A DNA stretch of 63,670 bases, the filler included, from Olpidium bornovanus S191 (Eukaryota > Fungi > Olpidiomycota): NCBI GenBank assembly GCA_017911155.1. It is 31 parts of 31 records of this genome, joined end to end, with 100 filler letters (N's around TTAATTAATTAA, not from the genome) between each part and the next. Parts side by side here need not be neighbours in the genome. Positions count along the whole stretch, not along the records: positions 10,593 to 13,142 come from JAEFCI010003650.1; positions 13,243 to 15,717 come from JAEFCI010011459.1; positions 15,818 to 16,863 come from JAEFCI010004035.1; positions 16,964 to 20,000 come from JAEFCI010002974.1; positions 20,101 to 22,869 come from JAEFCI010012975.1; 26 more parts are not named here. One strand, given 5' to 3'. The notes beneath the pieces are model-generated. The model saw nothing but the letters and a program-made list of their open reading frames with translations, did not search any database and had not been told where the DNA came from. Positions 11,656 to 21,843 of this stretch are shown here, piece by piece. Every line of letters begins with the position of its first letter. Position 1 is the first letter of the stretch. The position numbers and the translations under genes are program-made.

Positions 11656-13002
11656 GTGCTCTATTCGCCGTCATCGGCGGCTCAACAAGGGTGGCATGAT
11701 GTTTCTCGACAACAGGGAGAGGCCGCGAGGGCGGCGCTGCGGTCCACGCATCCGAGAGCCGCTTCAGGGACCCATCACTCGCGCTCGTCGCGACCTAACC
11801 GCGCTCACGCCAGCACCGCTCGCCGCGTTCGGCGCAAACCGCTTGAAGTGGGAAAGCTGCCGGTTTTCGATTCTGGCGACGGTTGCAGAGATGAGGACGC
11901 TGTCGACCCTTCGAGGGTTGAGGAATCTGCGGAGACCGGCGGCGGGATCAAGGGGCAGCAACTTGACTGCGAGCAGGACGAGCCGCACGCGCTCTGTCAC
12001 ATTCCTCTTCCACCCAGGAAGCGCAAGCTCTCCCCGGAATTGGCCAAAATGATTTTGGAGACCGGATTGGTGATTCGTCCGGCTTTGCACCCTCCAGTGA
12101 TTCACCCAGCTCTGCAGGCCAGGGCTTCGCACGAAGGATCCTGCCGGGACGTCGATGTCGCCAAGGTCTATCCCGTTGCAGGCTACGGCTCCAAGTTCGC
12201 CGATTGTCCCACAGGCCCGTTGGTCACCGAAGTCAAGCGCAGTCCCAGCCCCTTCACCGGGTGCTCTTTGGCCGAAGGCGAGGAGGGCGTTTACTCTTTG
12301 GACCAACCCGCACCGCTTGGTATAACGAAAGGTCACCTAGAAAAAGAAGATACCCCATCATCCTCGGCCTACCCACTTGGCGGCTTTGAGTCCCCGCTAC
12401 CCGGGACCGCCGGCACGCTTTCGCCGGATTACGGCGCCGCGTCGGTCTCCTCGTTTGGCACCGGCGGCGGGCCCGGTTCCAGGGAAACTTCCGTTTCGTC
12501 GCTTTCCACCGCGGACGCGGCGTCTTCCACGCCGCTTTCCGACTGGGGTGTAGGCAAGGCGGGAGACGAACCGCGCGCCGCGCGCGCGCGCGCCCGTCCG
12601 CGGAACGCCGGCGCGGGCGCCGCGGAAGGGCTGAAGCAGCGCGGTCCGTCGCCGGGCGCGTCCTCGTCGTCTCCCGCGCCGTCGCGGTCGAGTTCGGCGT
12701 CCGCCGGGCTCGGCGACCGCCGCCACAAGTGCGGCACCTGCCCGGCCGCCTTCGCGCGCGGCCACGACCTGCGTCGGCACGAGACCACGCACACGAAAAT
12801 TCGGGACCACGAGTGCAGTGGCTGCGGCCGCAGGGTTTCCAGGCGGGACGCCCTCCAGCGCCACGCGGGCGTCTGCTGCAGGCCGAACAAAGTCGCGGGG
12901 ACCGGCGCGGACGCCGGAACCGCGGCCAAGAAGGCAGAGTTGTCCGCGATGAGGAGCGACGCCGCGTTCCCGCGTGCGAAGAGGGCGAAGGTCTCCAGGT
13001 GA
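11656..13002 (+). CDS. C2H2 zinc-finger transcription factor with two fingers (true start uncertain; first in-frame ATG at about 12049)
   Basis: HKCGTCPAAFARGHDLRRHETTH and HECSGCGRRVSRRDALQRH, a Ser/Pro-rich N-terminal part, and a basic NLS-like tail (RAKRAK). Confidence 0.85.
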   Translation: MLYSPSSAAQQGWHDVSRQQGEAARAALRSTHPRAASGTHHSRSSRPNRAHASTARRVRRKPLEVGKLPVFDSGDGCRDEDAVDPSRVEESAETGGGIKGQQLDCEQDEPHALCHIPLPPRKRKLSPELAKMILETGLVIRPALHPPVIHPALQARASHEGSCRDVDVAKVYPVAGYGSKFADCPTGPLVTEVKRSPSPFTGCSLAEGEEGVYSLDQPAPLGITKGHLEKEDTPSSSAYPLGGFESPLPGTAGTLSPDYGAASVSSFGTGGGPGSRETSVSSLSTADAASSTPLSDWGVGKAGDEPRAARARARPRNAGAGAAEGLKQRGPSPGASSSSPAPSRSSSASAGLGDRRHKCGTCPAAFARGHDLRRHETTHTKIRDHECSGCGRRVSRRDALQRHAGVCCRPNKVAGTGADAGTAAKKAELSAMRSDAAFPRAKRAKVSR

Positions 13003-13021
13003 ATCTGGCCCCCGTTTTATC

Positions 13022-13142
13022 CATGACGGCCAACCTGCCCGTCAAGCTCTGGGACGAAAAACCCGCCGTATACCTTTACAACCGATCTCCCCACCGCGGC
13101 ATCGTTGGTCAGATCCCGCGTCTGGTCTTCACTGTTGGCGGA
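13022..13142 (+). mobile_element. Ty1/copia integrase fragment (C-terminal part of the core)
   Basis: MTANLPVKLWDEKPAVYLYNRSPHRGIVGQIP matches the LPxxxWxEA..AVYLxNRSP motif. It starts at a CATG 20 nt after the zinc-finger stop codon. Confidence 0.7.
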
Positions 13143-13866
13143 NNNNNNNNNNNNNNNNNNNNNNNNNNNNNNNNNNNNNNNNNNNNTTAATTAATTAANN
13201 NNNNNNNNNNNNNNNNNNNNNNNNNNNNNNNNNNNNNNNNNNCATGGATACGGGCTGGAAAGGGGGAGAAAAAAGGGTGTGCAAGGGGGAGGGGAGGAGA
13301 ATAAAAAAGAAAAGGAAGGCGTCGCCGGACGACGTTTAAGAAACGGTACGGCGCGCGAGAAGAAAAAAGATTTTTTGTTGTTTGCGCGAAGAAATCGCCC
13401 GCAAGAAGTTAGCGTGTGCCAAAAAGAAGAAATGCAGAAGAGGATTGGTTGGGGGGAAGTGAGATTAGTGCCGTGGACCCGCTCGAATCGATATAAGTGT
13501 TTCTAAACGAGTCGGCGGGGCGGAAAAAAAATCGCCTTCTTCCCCCCCCCCTCCTGCCCAAGTCCCTCTTCATCGTCGCATTGGGCGCAACTCGCCAAGG
13601 GGGAGGGGGCAGGAGGGGGGGGGGCAAACGCCCAGAATTTGGATCGCGGGCAATTGTGGCCGCCTCAAACTCATCGACTTGCCGGATTTGGATCGCGGGC
13701 AATTCTGGCCGGCCCCCAGCTCTCATTTACTATTTGGCGGACCGGCAATCGTCGGACCACTCGGCCCGAGAAGTGACCCGACGTTGGACAAACCCCCGAT
13801 CGGGAGCGTTTGTCCATTCTAACGGACGGTGAATACCGCGGGGAAGGTGGAAAAACGACGGCGGGG

Positions 13867-15471
13867 TCAGCCGGTTTCGCTCGACACTCTCTCCTCCCCC
13901 CCCCCGCGGAAACCGACAAACGGCGGAACCAGAATCACCCGAAACGCAAGGGGAAAAAAACGTACCGCCAGAGGGCAGTCGAAGCTGGCCGAACTCGAGA
14001 AGGCGGGCTTTATGCCGAGTGACGACAGGACGCTGACGCTGAAAGCGATCGTGTAGTCGATCTCGAGTTTCCCCTTCGTCCCGCCCAGCAGGCCGCAGGA
14101 CTTGGCGACGTAGAGCAGGATCTTGCTGCCGGGGTCGTTGGCGGGGTCGTAGTTGATGCTGAAGGGGAACAGGACGACCTGGTCGGAGTTTTTCGGCACC
14201 TCCAGGTTCTTCAGGCTCCCGGAGCCGACGACGGTCGGCGAGACGCCCTTGAACCGCGCCTCGCCCTCGACGCTGCTGAAGGTGACGCCGAGGATGTTCG
14301 GGTTCTTCACGCCGACCTTGAGCTGGAAGTTCATTGAGAACTTGAACTGGTCGACGGAGAAGGCGGGCTGGCCGCCGGGCGGCTGCTCAACGCCCAGGAA
14401 CCGGACGTCGGGCTGCTTAAAGAGCAGGAAGAAGGCGGCGACGAGGCCGCCGACGAGGAGGAGCAGGATGACGCAGAAGACGCAACAGCACTTCTTCGAG
14501 CAGCCCCGCCGGCGGCCGCGCCGGGCGGTGGCCCGGTACGCGGCCGGGCCGTCGTCGCCCTCCAGCGGGCCGTTCGGGTTGTACCGGTCCTTCAGGAGGG
14601 TCCGGCCCTTGGCCGGGACGATCGGCGGCGGAGCGGCCGCGGCGTAGGTGGCGGACGAGGAGACGGACGGTGCGCGCACCGCCGTCGAGGCGAACGAGAG
14701 CGGCGGGGACTTCGACACGCCGGCGTACCCGGCCGCCGCCGCGAGGAACTGCGGCGCCGGCGGCCTGGGATACTCCGTGCCGACGAAATCCGCCTCCGCG
14801 CTGAAATACCTGCCGCCTTCCGCGTTTCCGCCGGGGGGGGGAAAGGCGGCGGCGGCGGCGGGCAGGGGCACCCGCGGCGCGGGAGGGCCAGCCTCCCCTC
14901 CGGGGTACACTGCCAAGCGGTCCTGTGCGGCGGCGGCACCGTAACCGTAGCCGTAAGCGGCGGCGGCAACGTCGGCCCGCGCGGGCTGGGGGTCGAACGA
15001 GGCCTGCAGGGGCCGAGGGACGGCGTCACCGCCGCCTCCTCTTCCGTAGTCGTCGTACCGGGGGTCGGCGTCCCGCGGGCCGTCCCCTCCGGCGTCGTCG
15101 CCGTAACCGCCGCCGCCACCGTCGTCGGCGTGGGAATAGCCATAAGCATAGCCGTCGCCGCCGTCCGGCGGATACTGGCGGTCGTCCGGCGGATACTGGC
15201 GGTCGTCCGGGTAGGGCTGCTGGTCGTGAGGGTAGCCGTACGGGTCGTGGGGGTAGGGCTGGAGGTCGTCCTGCGGCGGATAGTCCTGGGGAGGAGTATA
15301 GTCCTGGGGAGGAGGATAGTCCTGGGGAGGAGGATAGTCCTGGGGAGGAGGATAGTCCTGGGGAGGAGGATAGTCCTGGGGAGGAGGATAGTCCTGGGGA
15401 GGAGGATAGTCCTGCGGATGGGGATAGTCCTGAGGGGGGTACCGCTGCTGCTGCGGACGGGCGTAGTCCAT
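13867..15471 (-). CDS. Type II membrane protein: YPPPQD-repeat N-terminus, Cys-rich TM helix, LEA_2-like domain (3' end probably spliced near 13964)
   Basis: ATG at 15471. KKCCCVFCVILLLLVGGLVAAFFLLFK is followed by QPDV...LKVGVKNPNILGVTFSSVEGEA...VGSGSLKNLEVPKNS..VVLFPFSINY, a LEA_2 pattern. Confidence 0.8.
   Translation of the reverse strand: MDYARPQQQRYPPQDYPHPQDYPPPQDYPPPQDYPPPQDYPPPQDYPPPQDYPPPQDYTPPQDYPPQDDLQPYPHDPYGYPHDQQPYPDDRQYPPDDRQYPPDGGDGYAYGYSHADDGGGGGYGDDAGGDGPRDADPRYDDYGRGGGGDAVPRPLQASFDPQPARADVAAAAYGYGYGAAAAQDRLAVYPGGEAGPPAPRVPLPAAAAAFPPPGGNAEGGRYFSAEADFVGTEYPRPPAPQFLAAAAGYAGVSKSPPLSFASTAVRAPSVSSSATYAAAAPPPIVPAKGRTLLKDRYNPNGPLEGDDGPAAYRATARRGRRRGCSKKCCCVFCVILLLLVGGLVAAFFLLFKQPDVRFLGVEQPPGGQPAFSVDQFKFSMNFQLKVGVKNPNILGVTFSSVEGEARFKGVSPTVVGSGSLKNLEVPKNSDQVVLFPFSINYDPANDPGSKILLYVAKSCGLLGGTKGKLEIDYTIAFSVSVLSSLGIKPAFSSSASFDCPLAVRFFPLAFRVILVPPFVGFRGGGEERVSSETG
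15280..15445 (-). repeat. 18-bp coding tandem repeat (YPPPQD)n
   Basis: TAGTCCTGGGGAGGAGGA repeated about 6-8 times with variants on the + strand. Confidence 0.95.
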
Positions 15472-15817
15472 GAGAAAGGGGAGGGAGAGAGGGGAGCGGG
15501 GAAAGGGGGTGGGGATGGAGGCGGGGGCACGAACACCCCTCTGTACCCAGGCGAGGGCGGTTTGTGTTAAATGGGGCGGTTAAAAGTTGGTTTTTCTTTT
15601 TTTTTTTTTTTTTTTTTTTTCTAATGTGGAATATCTTTAGTTTTCTTTTTCTTCTTTTTGTTGTTTCTTGTTTTCTTTTTTTTCCCTCTCCTCGCAGCCG
15701 TGAACGGGAGAGGTACGNNNNNNNNNNNNNNNNNNNNNNNNNNNNNNNNNNNNNNNNNNNNTTAATTAATTAANNNNNNNNNNNNNNNNNNNNNNNNNNN
15801 NNNNNNNNNNNNNNNNN

Positions 15818-15898
15818 CCCCGAACGGGCCCTGGGAGCATACACAATATGGTCCGAGGGCCGGGTCGGGGAGCGACCCGGCTCCTCAGGTTCCACACA
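15818..15898 (-). mobile_element. Putative LTR 5' end, related to the copy at 19737
   Basis: TGTGTGGAACCTG.AGGAG..CCGGG...CGGACCATA is shared with 19737-19800, preceded by purine-rich GAGAGGCGGA. Confidence 0.4.
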
Positions 15899-17208
15899 AT
15901 CCGCCTCTCGAAAACACCGGTTCTGATTGAGGGTGACGGGCGCAGAGAGAGAAAAAGAAGGAGAGAGAGAAATAGAGAAAGAGAACGAGACTGCGTGGCG
16001 AACTTTAAGTTGATGTCAGGCCGACCCCGATTCCAAAGGACGCCCGAGGTCCGGCTCTTCGCGAACGAGACCTGGACACTGGGAACGCTTGTAGGCGCGC
16101 TGTAACCCAAAGCGGCCAGCCTCGAAGGTTGCCGCGGGTGCAACGTCGCGCGTTCCCCTCAGCGCGTTCATCCTTTGAAAAGAAGGACACGTGGTGGGGT
16201 CCGCTCCGCGAGACACCGCGTGTATGAAAAGAAGGGGCAAGCGAAATGTGCAGGCGTAAAAAGGCGGAGTCAGCACAGGTGGGCAGACTGGCCCACGTCA
16301 AGTAGTTGTTCTGCTGTAGACCACTGTTCGGGCCTTCATCTTGTTCCCGCCGAGCCCCGGGATCAATTTCTGTAACCTGCGTATGTGAAACGTCTTTACG
16401 ATCTTGTCCGCGACGTGCATCTTGTTTGTTGTTTTCCTGACGGCAGGTTGCACCGGCGCTGGTCCAACGCGTGAGGTTCTCCGGGTTATTAAAACCAGCG
16501 ACCAGGGATTTGTAGTTCTCTCTCAGGAAGCGGAAGCTTTGCGTCAGCAGACATGGCAAGGGCGGGGCGGCAAGAGGGTGGCACGGTGATTGGGGCACGT
16601 GGTTTGTGACAAATGGTGGTTGTCAGGGTCAACAAGGGGGCGGAGAAGGGGGAATAGAGTGGGCTGGGGATGGATGTCAAGGTGGCGCGGGGACGCTTAA
16701 GCTCTTGCAAGCGCCTTCAGAGGCACTCGTAAGGTAAGATACGAGTGTCCTGAGTGACCTAGGGTCATCCGTAGCGACCCGTGTAGGACACCCGTAACAC
16801 ACCCGCATTGATGGCCGGAAATCGCCTTTAGGGCGAGCATTTGATATTAGAAGCTTGTCAAACNNNNNNNNNNNNNNNNNNNNNNNNNNNNNNNNNNNNN
16901 NNNNNNNTTAATTAATTAANNNNNNNNNNNNNNNNNNNNNNNNNNNNNNNNNNNNNNNNNNNNCATGGCACTCGCTGTGGTCCAAAATGTCAGTAATCCG
17001 TTTGGTGGCCTGGGAATTGCGCAGGAACTGGTAAGCAAAAGCACCTGGTTCCCGCCATCAAACTTCCGGGACTAAAAGAGAGCGCCGCAGCACGGGATTT
17101 GCGCGGCAATATCCAACGCAACAAAACAACCTTGTACTGCTCGGAGACTGACAGTTCTGAGCATCAGCTTCGAGCACGTTCGTACGAAAAACAATAAAAA
17201 GGGGCAAA

Positions 17209-17448
17209 TCACCAAAGCTTACCGATCATAAGATACAAAATGATCCCGCCTACGACGCCGACGTAACCACCCGAGCACACGGCGAACGCGAGGAGAGCGA
17301 CGGCCGCAATGACAGACTGGACGAAGACTCGGTTTCGGAAGGCGCAAGAGACCTTCTTTCGGTAAAGGGCGACGCGGTGGTCCCAGTCCTCGGCGATTAG
17401 AACGTCGAAGAGTCCCTCTTCAAGGCTGGACACGGATTCCCAGTCCAT
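17209..17448 (-). CDS. Small hypothetical membrane protein (79 aa from this ATG)
   Basis: MDWESVSSLEEGLFDVLIAEDWDHRVALYRKK followed by two hydrophobic segments (VFVQSVIAAVALLAFAVC, YVGVVGGIILYLMIGKLW*). Confidence 0.5.
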   Translation of the reverse strand: MDWESVSSLEEGLFDVLIAEDWDHRVALYRKKVSCAFRNRVFVQSVIAAVALLAFAVCSGGYVGVVGGIILYLMIGKLW

Positions 17449-18507
17449 GTTCGCGATTAGGGAAAACGGAGGAGTCCGTCGCAGGGCGGCGCCCAGAGCG
17501 GCACATAAGGAATGATGTGGCTGCGGGACAACGGTCGGGTTTGAAGGATGGAGCATGCCGGCGACCACTTCGGAACGCAGTTCGGAATGGGCGGGTAAAC
17601 TTTCTGTGATAGGCCCGGAGGGAAAACGTGTGGCGCAACCGTTAACGGAAAGACCATTGTCGCCCCTCTGCGCAAAAGCCACATCAGACCCTGCCGGCGG
17701 TGTCACCGCATTCCCTCTCCGGGGAGGGACCGCTACTATGGGTTACGTGCACTGGGGCGGGTAGGTAATGTTGGAACTGGCTCGCTTACCGTCTGTGGAG
17801 GGCCCAGTGTCAACGATGAAAAGGGGCAGCACGGCAGGCTGCGGCGCCGCGACGGATCGCTCTTCCGCGACGTTGGTGTCGTGGCATGCAATACCAGTCA
17901 CCGAGCTCTCAATCCGCGACAAATGCGGCAGGGCTGCCGGCGACAAGGTCGGCTTTCGGGCAATCGAAGGCGGTGGCTCCAGCTCCACCGCCCGCGCCCC
18001 GGCGCAACAATCATTTTGTTGGGAAGCCATCAGGCGGCAGCGGCTCGGGACTGCGAGTGGCAGCCGGCGAAGCCGCAGGAGTGCCGTCCACCAAGGAGGT
18101 TGGGGCGTTTGAACAAAAAAGCGGCACTTCACAAAGCCACAGTTTGAACTTCGCCAAACGCGGTTAAACTGCCGACTTCGGAGCTCCGCCCCTGGGTGGC
18201 AAAACCTCGACGACGGCCTGGGGACGAACGGAAAGGGGCGGATGAGGTGGTGACGGGGAAGGCGGTGCACGGGATCCAGAGAAGCGTCGTAGCCTCCGGC
18301 AGCGGTGACGGGGCTGCGGTGACTTCTCCAAACGCAAACACTCCGCCACTTCGCCGGAGACCGTCTGTCCTCCGTCGTCCCCAAAACCAATGCACGGAAG
18401 AGCAAAACAAATGCAAGGAAGAGTTGAACTTTTTTTTCCCGAACGCTCCTCAAAGCGCACTTTTTCCGCGGCACGAGTCTCCGTCGCTGGAGCCTTCTTC
18501 CCCGAAT

Positions 18508-18855
18508 TTACCTGCGTTGAAGGTAAGTACCGCAGCCGACCCAAACGTGCGCCTTACTAGAGGAACGTTTTCTTCCACCGCCGAAGCGCGTCAACGAGCC
18601 TATTCTTTCCGTAAACGGGAGGACCTCCTGTTCGCCAAAGGGGCCCAAACGGCCGAGGACAGCATGCCGGAGTCGCGTGGCGACTCTGACAGCGCGAAAT
18701 AGCGGTGATTTCGCAACGCTTGCGACGATGACGTTGTAGAACTGAAAATACACTTCCAGCAGATCCTTTTTCTCCTCCAGGAGCAACAGAAAAATAAAAG
18801 CGGACACGCGAGTTCTGACAGCGAAGCCGATGAGAAGCGTCGTTATCGACGTCAT
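18508..18855 (-). CDS. Hypothetical protein with hydrophobic N-terminus
   Basis: ATG-initiated ORF with protein-like composition (FIFLLLLEEKKDLLEVYFQFYNVIVASVAKSPLFRAVR). No homologue recognised. Confidence 0.3.
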   Translation of the reverse strand: MTSITTLLIGFAVRTRVSAFIFLLLLEEKKDLLEVYFQFYNVIVASVAKSPLFRAVRVATRLRHAVLGRLGPFGEQEVLPFTERIGSLTRFGGGRKRSSSKAHVWVGCGTYLQRR

Positions 18856-19720
18856 AAGTGCAAAAAGAGAAGAAACCTTGTCAACCTTGCTACAAATCGG
18901 ACTCCGAAATGGAGGGCAATGAGGAGAGACTCACTTTTTCTATGGTCACGCCCCTTGTAGATGAAATCCAATTATACGAAGGACAGGGCGGAAACATCAA
19001 CTCTTGAAGGTTTCATTGCCAAGTTTCAAGCTTACTACGAACAAGCCCAACAGGCACGCATCAAAAAATCATAAACTTGTCCTAGGAGCAATAGGAAAAG
19101 TCACCGAGTCTGGATTGCCTATCACAAAAATTATGTACATGGCAATCCAGAGTGCATAATGACAAGGCCGCAGCTGCGTCATGCGCTGAGAGACAGATTC
19201 TATCCACCGAGAGAGGCTGTTCTCCTGCACACTCGGTAGGCACAACTCCGTAAACGAATCCAATGACAGATTCCAATTTTTGTTTGCGTAACTAACCGAG
19301 CAGGATAATGCCGACAAGAACATTATTGCCACATACACATACACGTTTATACATGTGGTATAAAACCCCGCCTGGGGGAGTGCGCCCACAGGTGAATTTG
19401 CGCTTCACCCTCACCGGAACACAACAACAAGAAAACAAATGGCTTTGCTCCCGCTTCTGCCCTTCGCCCCTTCGCTCCCCCTCCCGGCTCCCGCTCCACG
19501 CTCCACGCTCCCGCTCCACGCTCTTCAGCCTCCGCTCCCGCAGCTATAAGCCCTACCACAGTGGCCTAAGGTCAAAAACCAGCATTCGTTCGCCAACCAT
19601 ATATAAACCAAATATCAACCAAATATCAAGCAAAAGCAAGAATAGCAATACCATGACCCTTGCAACAATTACCAAACCCGGTTCAAAGCGGGTCAGGCCC
19701 GTTATATTGACACCTGTGTT

Positions 19721-20000
19721 GGGGGCGAAGAGGGGGTGTGTGGAACCTGGGAGGAGTCCCGGGCTGAGCCGGGGTCCCACCCGGACCATAGGTCATTTAC
19801 CACCCCAGAGGCCAACACAGCCCCGGAGGCCACCGCCCCAGGGCCAACACAGCCCCGAGGGACCCACTGCGTCTGCCCTGCTACTGCAGGGCGCTAGCTC
19901 ACTGGCTAATACAATAGCCCGTAAGGGCGTTGCTCTATCTCTAGCTATGGCTCGCCATGGGAACTTGGTGTCTCGCGGAGCGGCCCCCACCACCTGCGCG
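19721..20000 (+). mobile_element. Putative polypurine tract followed by the start of a 3' LTR
   Basis: GGGGGCGAAGAGGGGG (19721-19736) is directly followed by TGTGTGG... The sequence is homologous to 15898-15818 and contains an internal direct repeat of about 24 bp. Confidence 0.45.
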
Positions 20001-20100
20001 NNNNNNNNNNNNNNNNNNNNNNNNNNNNNNNNNNNNNNNNNNNNTTAATTAATTAANNNNNNNNNNNNNNNNNNNNNNNNNNNNNNNNNNNNNNNNNNNN

Positions 20101-20340
20101 ACATGCGGTCTCATTCAGCCTCTAGCTGGCGTAGACTGTCAGCGGTGGCCGCATCAATGGCAGCCTGCCGCTCCCGCTCCTTTTGAGCAAGTTCCTTGGC
20201 TTCTCGCCGAGCGGCTGCCGCAATCTCCGCATCTCGCTGGAGCACGGCGAGCCTTCTCTGGTGTTGTTCCAACTAATGCTGGAACAGGAGGCAAGTTGCC
20301 TCCAACTTCTTTTGCGCCTCTCGCGCAATCTTGTCTTCCA
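20101..20340 (-). pseudogene. Degenerate coiled-coil ORF with two in-frame stops (possibly TE-derived)
   Basis: MEDKIAREAQKKLEATCLLFQH*LEQHQRRLAVLQRDAEIAAAARREAKELAQKERERQAAIDAATADSLRQLEAE*DRM. Confidence 0.5.
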
Positions 20341-20383
20341 TCCTAATCGGAGGAACGTCGGAAACGTCAAAGTCAAGGTTAGA

Positions 20384-20880
20384 CTACATTCCCTGAGCAA
20401 CCATTGTCGTGTCCGTGTAGTTTCCGGTTCCATCGCTGATGGAACAGCGCTCACTAGCGCCGCCGTCATCTTCCGTCAAACGCGGCATCTGCATCGCCGC
20501 CATTTGCATGGTCAGTGCCATCTCGGCACTCTGCACCATTACGCTCCAGCTCCTTTTAGCAGCACTCTCCGTCGCCGTCGCGACGCGCGGCGCCATCTCG
20601 GCGAACTCCATGGCGGCGCTCTCCCTCTGCGTCGTTACGGCGCTCTGCGCCGTTGTGGCGCTCTGCGTCGTTGGGGTGCTCTGCGCCATCTCGGCGCGCG
20701 CTGTCTGCGTCATGGCGGCGCTCTGCTGCTGCGCCGTTGCGGCGCTCCAGCTCTGCACCGCCGCCGCGGCAATGTCCGCCGCCGCGGCGCTCTGCGCAGT
20801 TGTGGCACTCTGCGCCGTCAACGCGGGGGGCGGCACCATCTCTGCGCCGTTGTGGCGCTCTGCGCCGCCGTTGTCGAGAT
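20384..20880 (-). repeat. Degenerate AQSATTAQ/SAEMA coding-like repeat block 1
   Basis: Recurrent GCGCTCTGCGCCG and CGCCATCTCGG motifs; open frame 21124-20384. Confidence 0.8.
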
Positions 20881-21337
20881 CGAAACGCCCTGATGGAGCC
20901 CTCTCGTCGTCGGGGAGAGTAAGGCAAAGGGCGATTGATGGGACGGGGGATGGGATGGCAGGTCGCGGAACCAAACCCGCCTGGGGCTTGCACGTAACAG
21001 AGGGGGGGGGGGCGAAAGAGCAGGGCAAGGGGAGACGGGACGCTTCTCCTTCGAAGGACGCAAAAGCACCAGCGCGCGGACGGACGCTTCTACTCCTGGC
21101 CCGACGGCGCAGGAAAACACTCAAAACTTAACTCCTTCGACTCCGAGCTGCCCGACGGCGGCTTTTCGACCCCGACCCCCTCTCCTCCGAATGCCCGACG
21201 GCAATTTCGACTTCGCTCTCGTTTCTTTTTACATTTTGGCGTCGGGGGAATTTTTGCGCGAAGTGGTAGGAGCGTGAACGAAGAAAAGGAGAAAAAAAAG
21301 GGGGGGAAATTCAAAACAAAGGGATCGAAAGAGAAAA

Positions 21338-21430
21338 GCAATTGATTTAAGCAAAAGGAAAGGCGGTCGATTTAAGCAAAAGAAAAAAAGCGATCGATTT
21401 AGGCGAAAGGAAAGCAATCGATTTAAGCGA
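21338..21430. repeat. Four-copy GATTTA(A/G)GC motif array
   Basis: Core motif at 21344, 21369, 21396 and 21420, separated by A/G-rich linkers. Confidence 0.85.
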
Positions 21431-21471
21431 GTCGACCCCCTCCCCCCTACGGGAAAGGAGATTGATGGACT

Positions 21472-21843
21472 CTATTTAATAGCAAGGCGTCGATCCAGCG
21501 GCAACCATTTGGGCGCCGACACCGTCTCGGGGCGCGGCGCCCTCTGCGCCGCCATCTCGGGGCGCGGCGCCATCCCGGCGCTCCTTCCCTGCGCCGTTTT
21601 GGCGCTCTGCGCCGCCGTCTCGGGGCACGGTGCCCTCTGCGCCGCCATCTCAGGGTGCGGCGCCATCTCGGCGCTCTTTCCCTGCGCCGTTGTGGCGCTC
21701 TGCGCCGCCGTCTCAGGGCGCGACGCCCTCTGCGCCGCCATCTCGGGGCGCGGCGCCATCTCGGTGCTCTCTCTTGGCGCCATCTCGGCGCTCTCGCTCC
21801 TTCTCTGCGCCATCTCGACGCGTTCGTTCTCTCTTTGAACCAT
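21472..21843 (-). repeat. 93-bp (31-aa) tandem repeat block 2, related to block 1
   Basis: CGCCATCTC.GGG.GCGGCGCCAT at about 21550, 21643 and 21736. The unit translates as SAEMAPHPEMAAQRAPCPETAAQSAKTAQGR. Confidence 0.85.

Noticed and set aside
10627-11699. Several overlapping ORFs longer than 290 aa
   Set aside because: This GC-rich, low-complexity DNA lacks stops by composition; there are no domains and the frames run through homopolymers.
16717-16765. Helitron 3' end (hairpin plus CTAG)
   Set aside because: CTAG is only about 5 nt after the hairpin, is followed by G rather than T, and is itself part of a second hairpin.
20101-20340. Stop-codon reassignment or RIP suggested by in-frame TAG/TGA (and TAA in the hAT relic)
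   Set aside because: Conserved genes here terminate normally at TAA, TAG or TGA. Three C-to-T-type stops in relics are too few to infer RIP, and the repeat pairs show CpG rather than CpA bias.
20439-21131. Very hydrophobic Cys/Ala/Val ORF on the + strand as a membrane protein
   Set aside because: It is the antisense shadow of the minus-strand repeat block.
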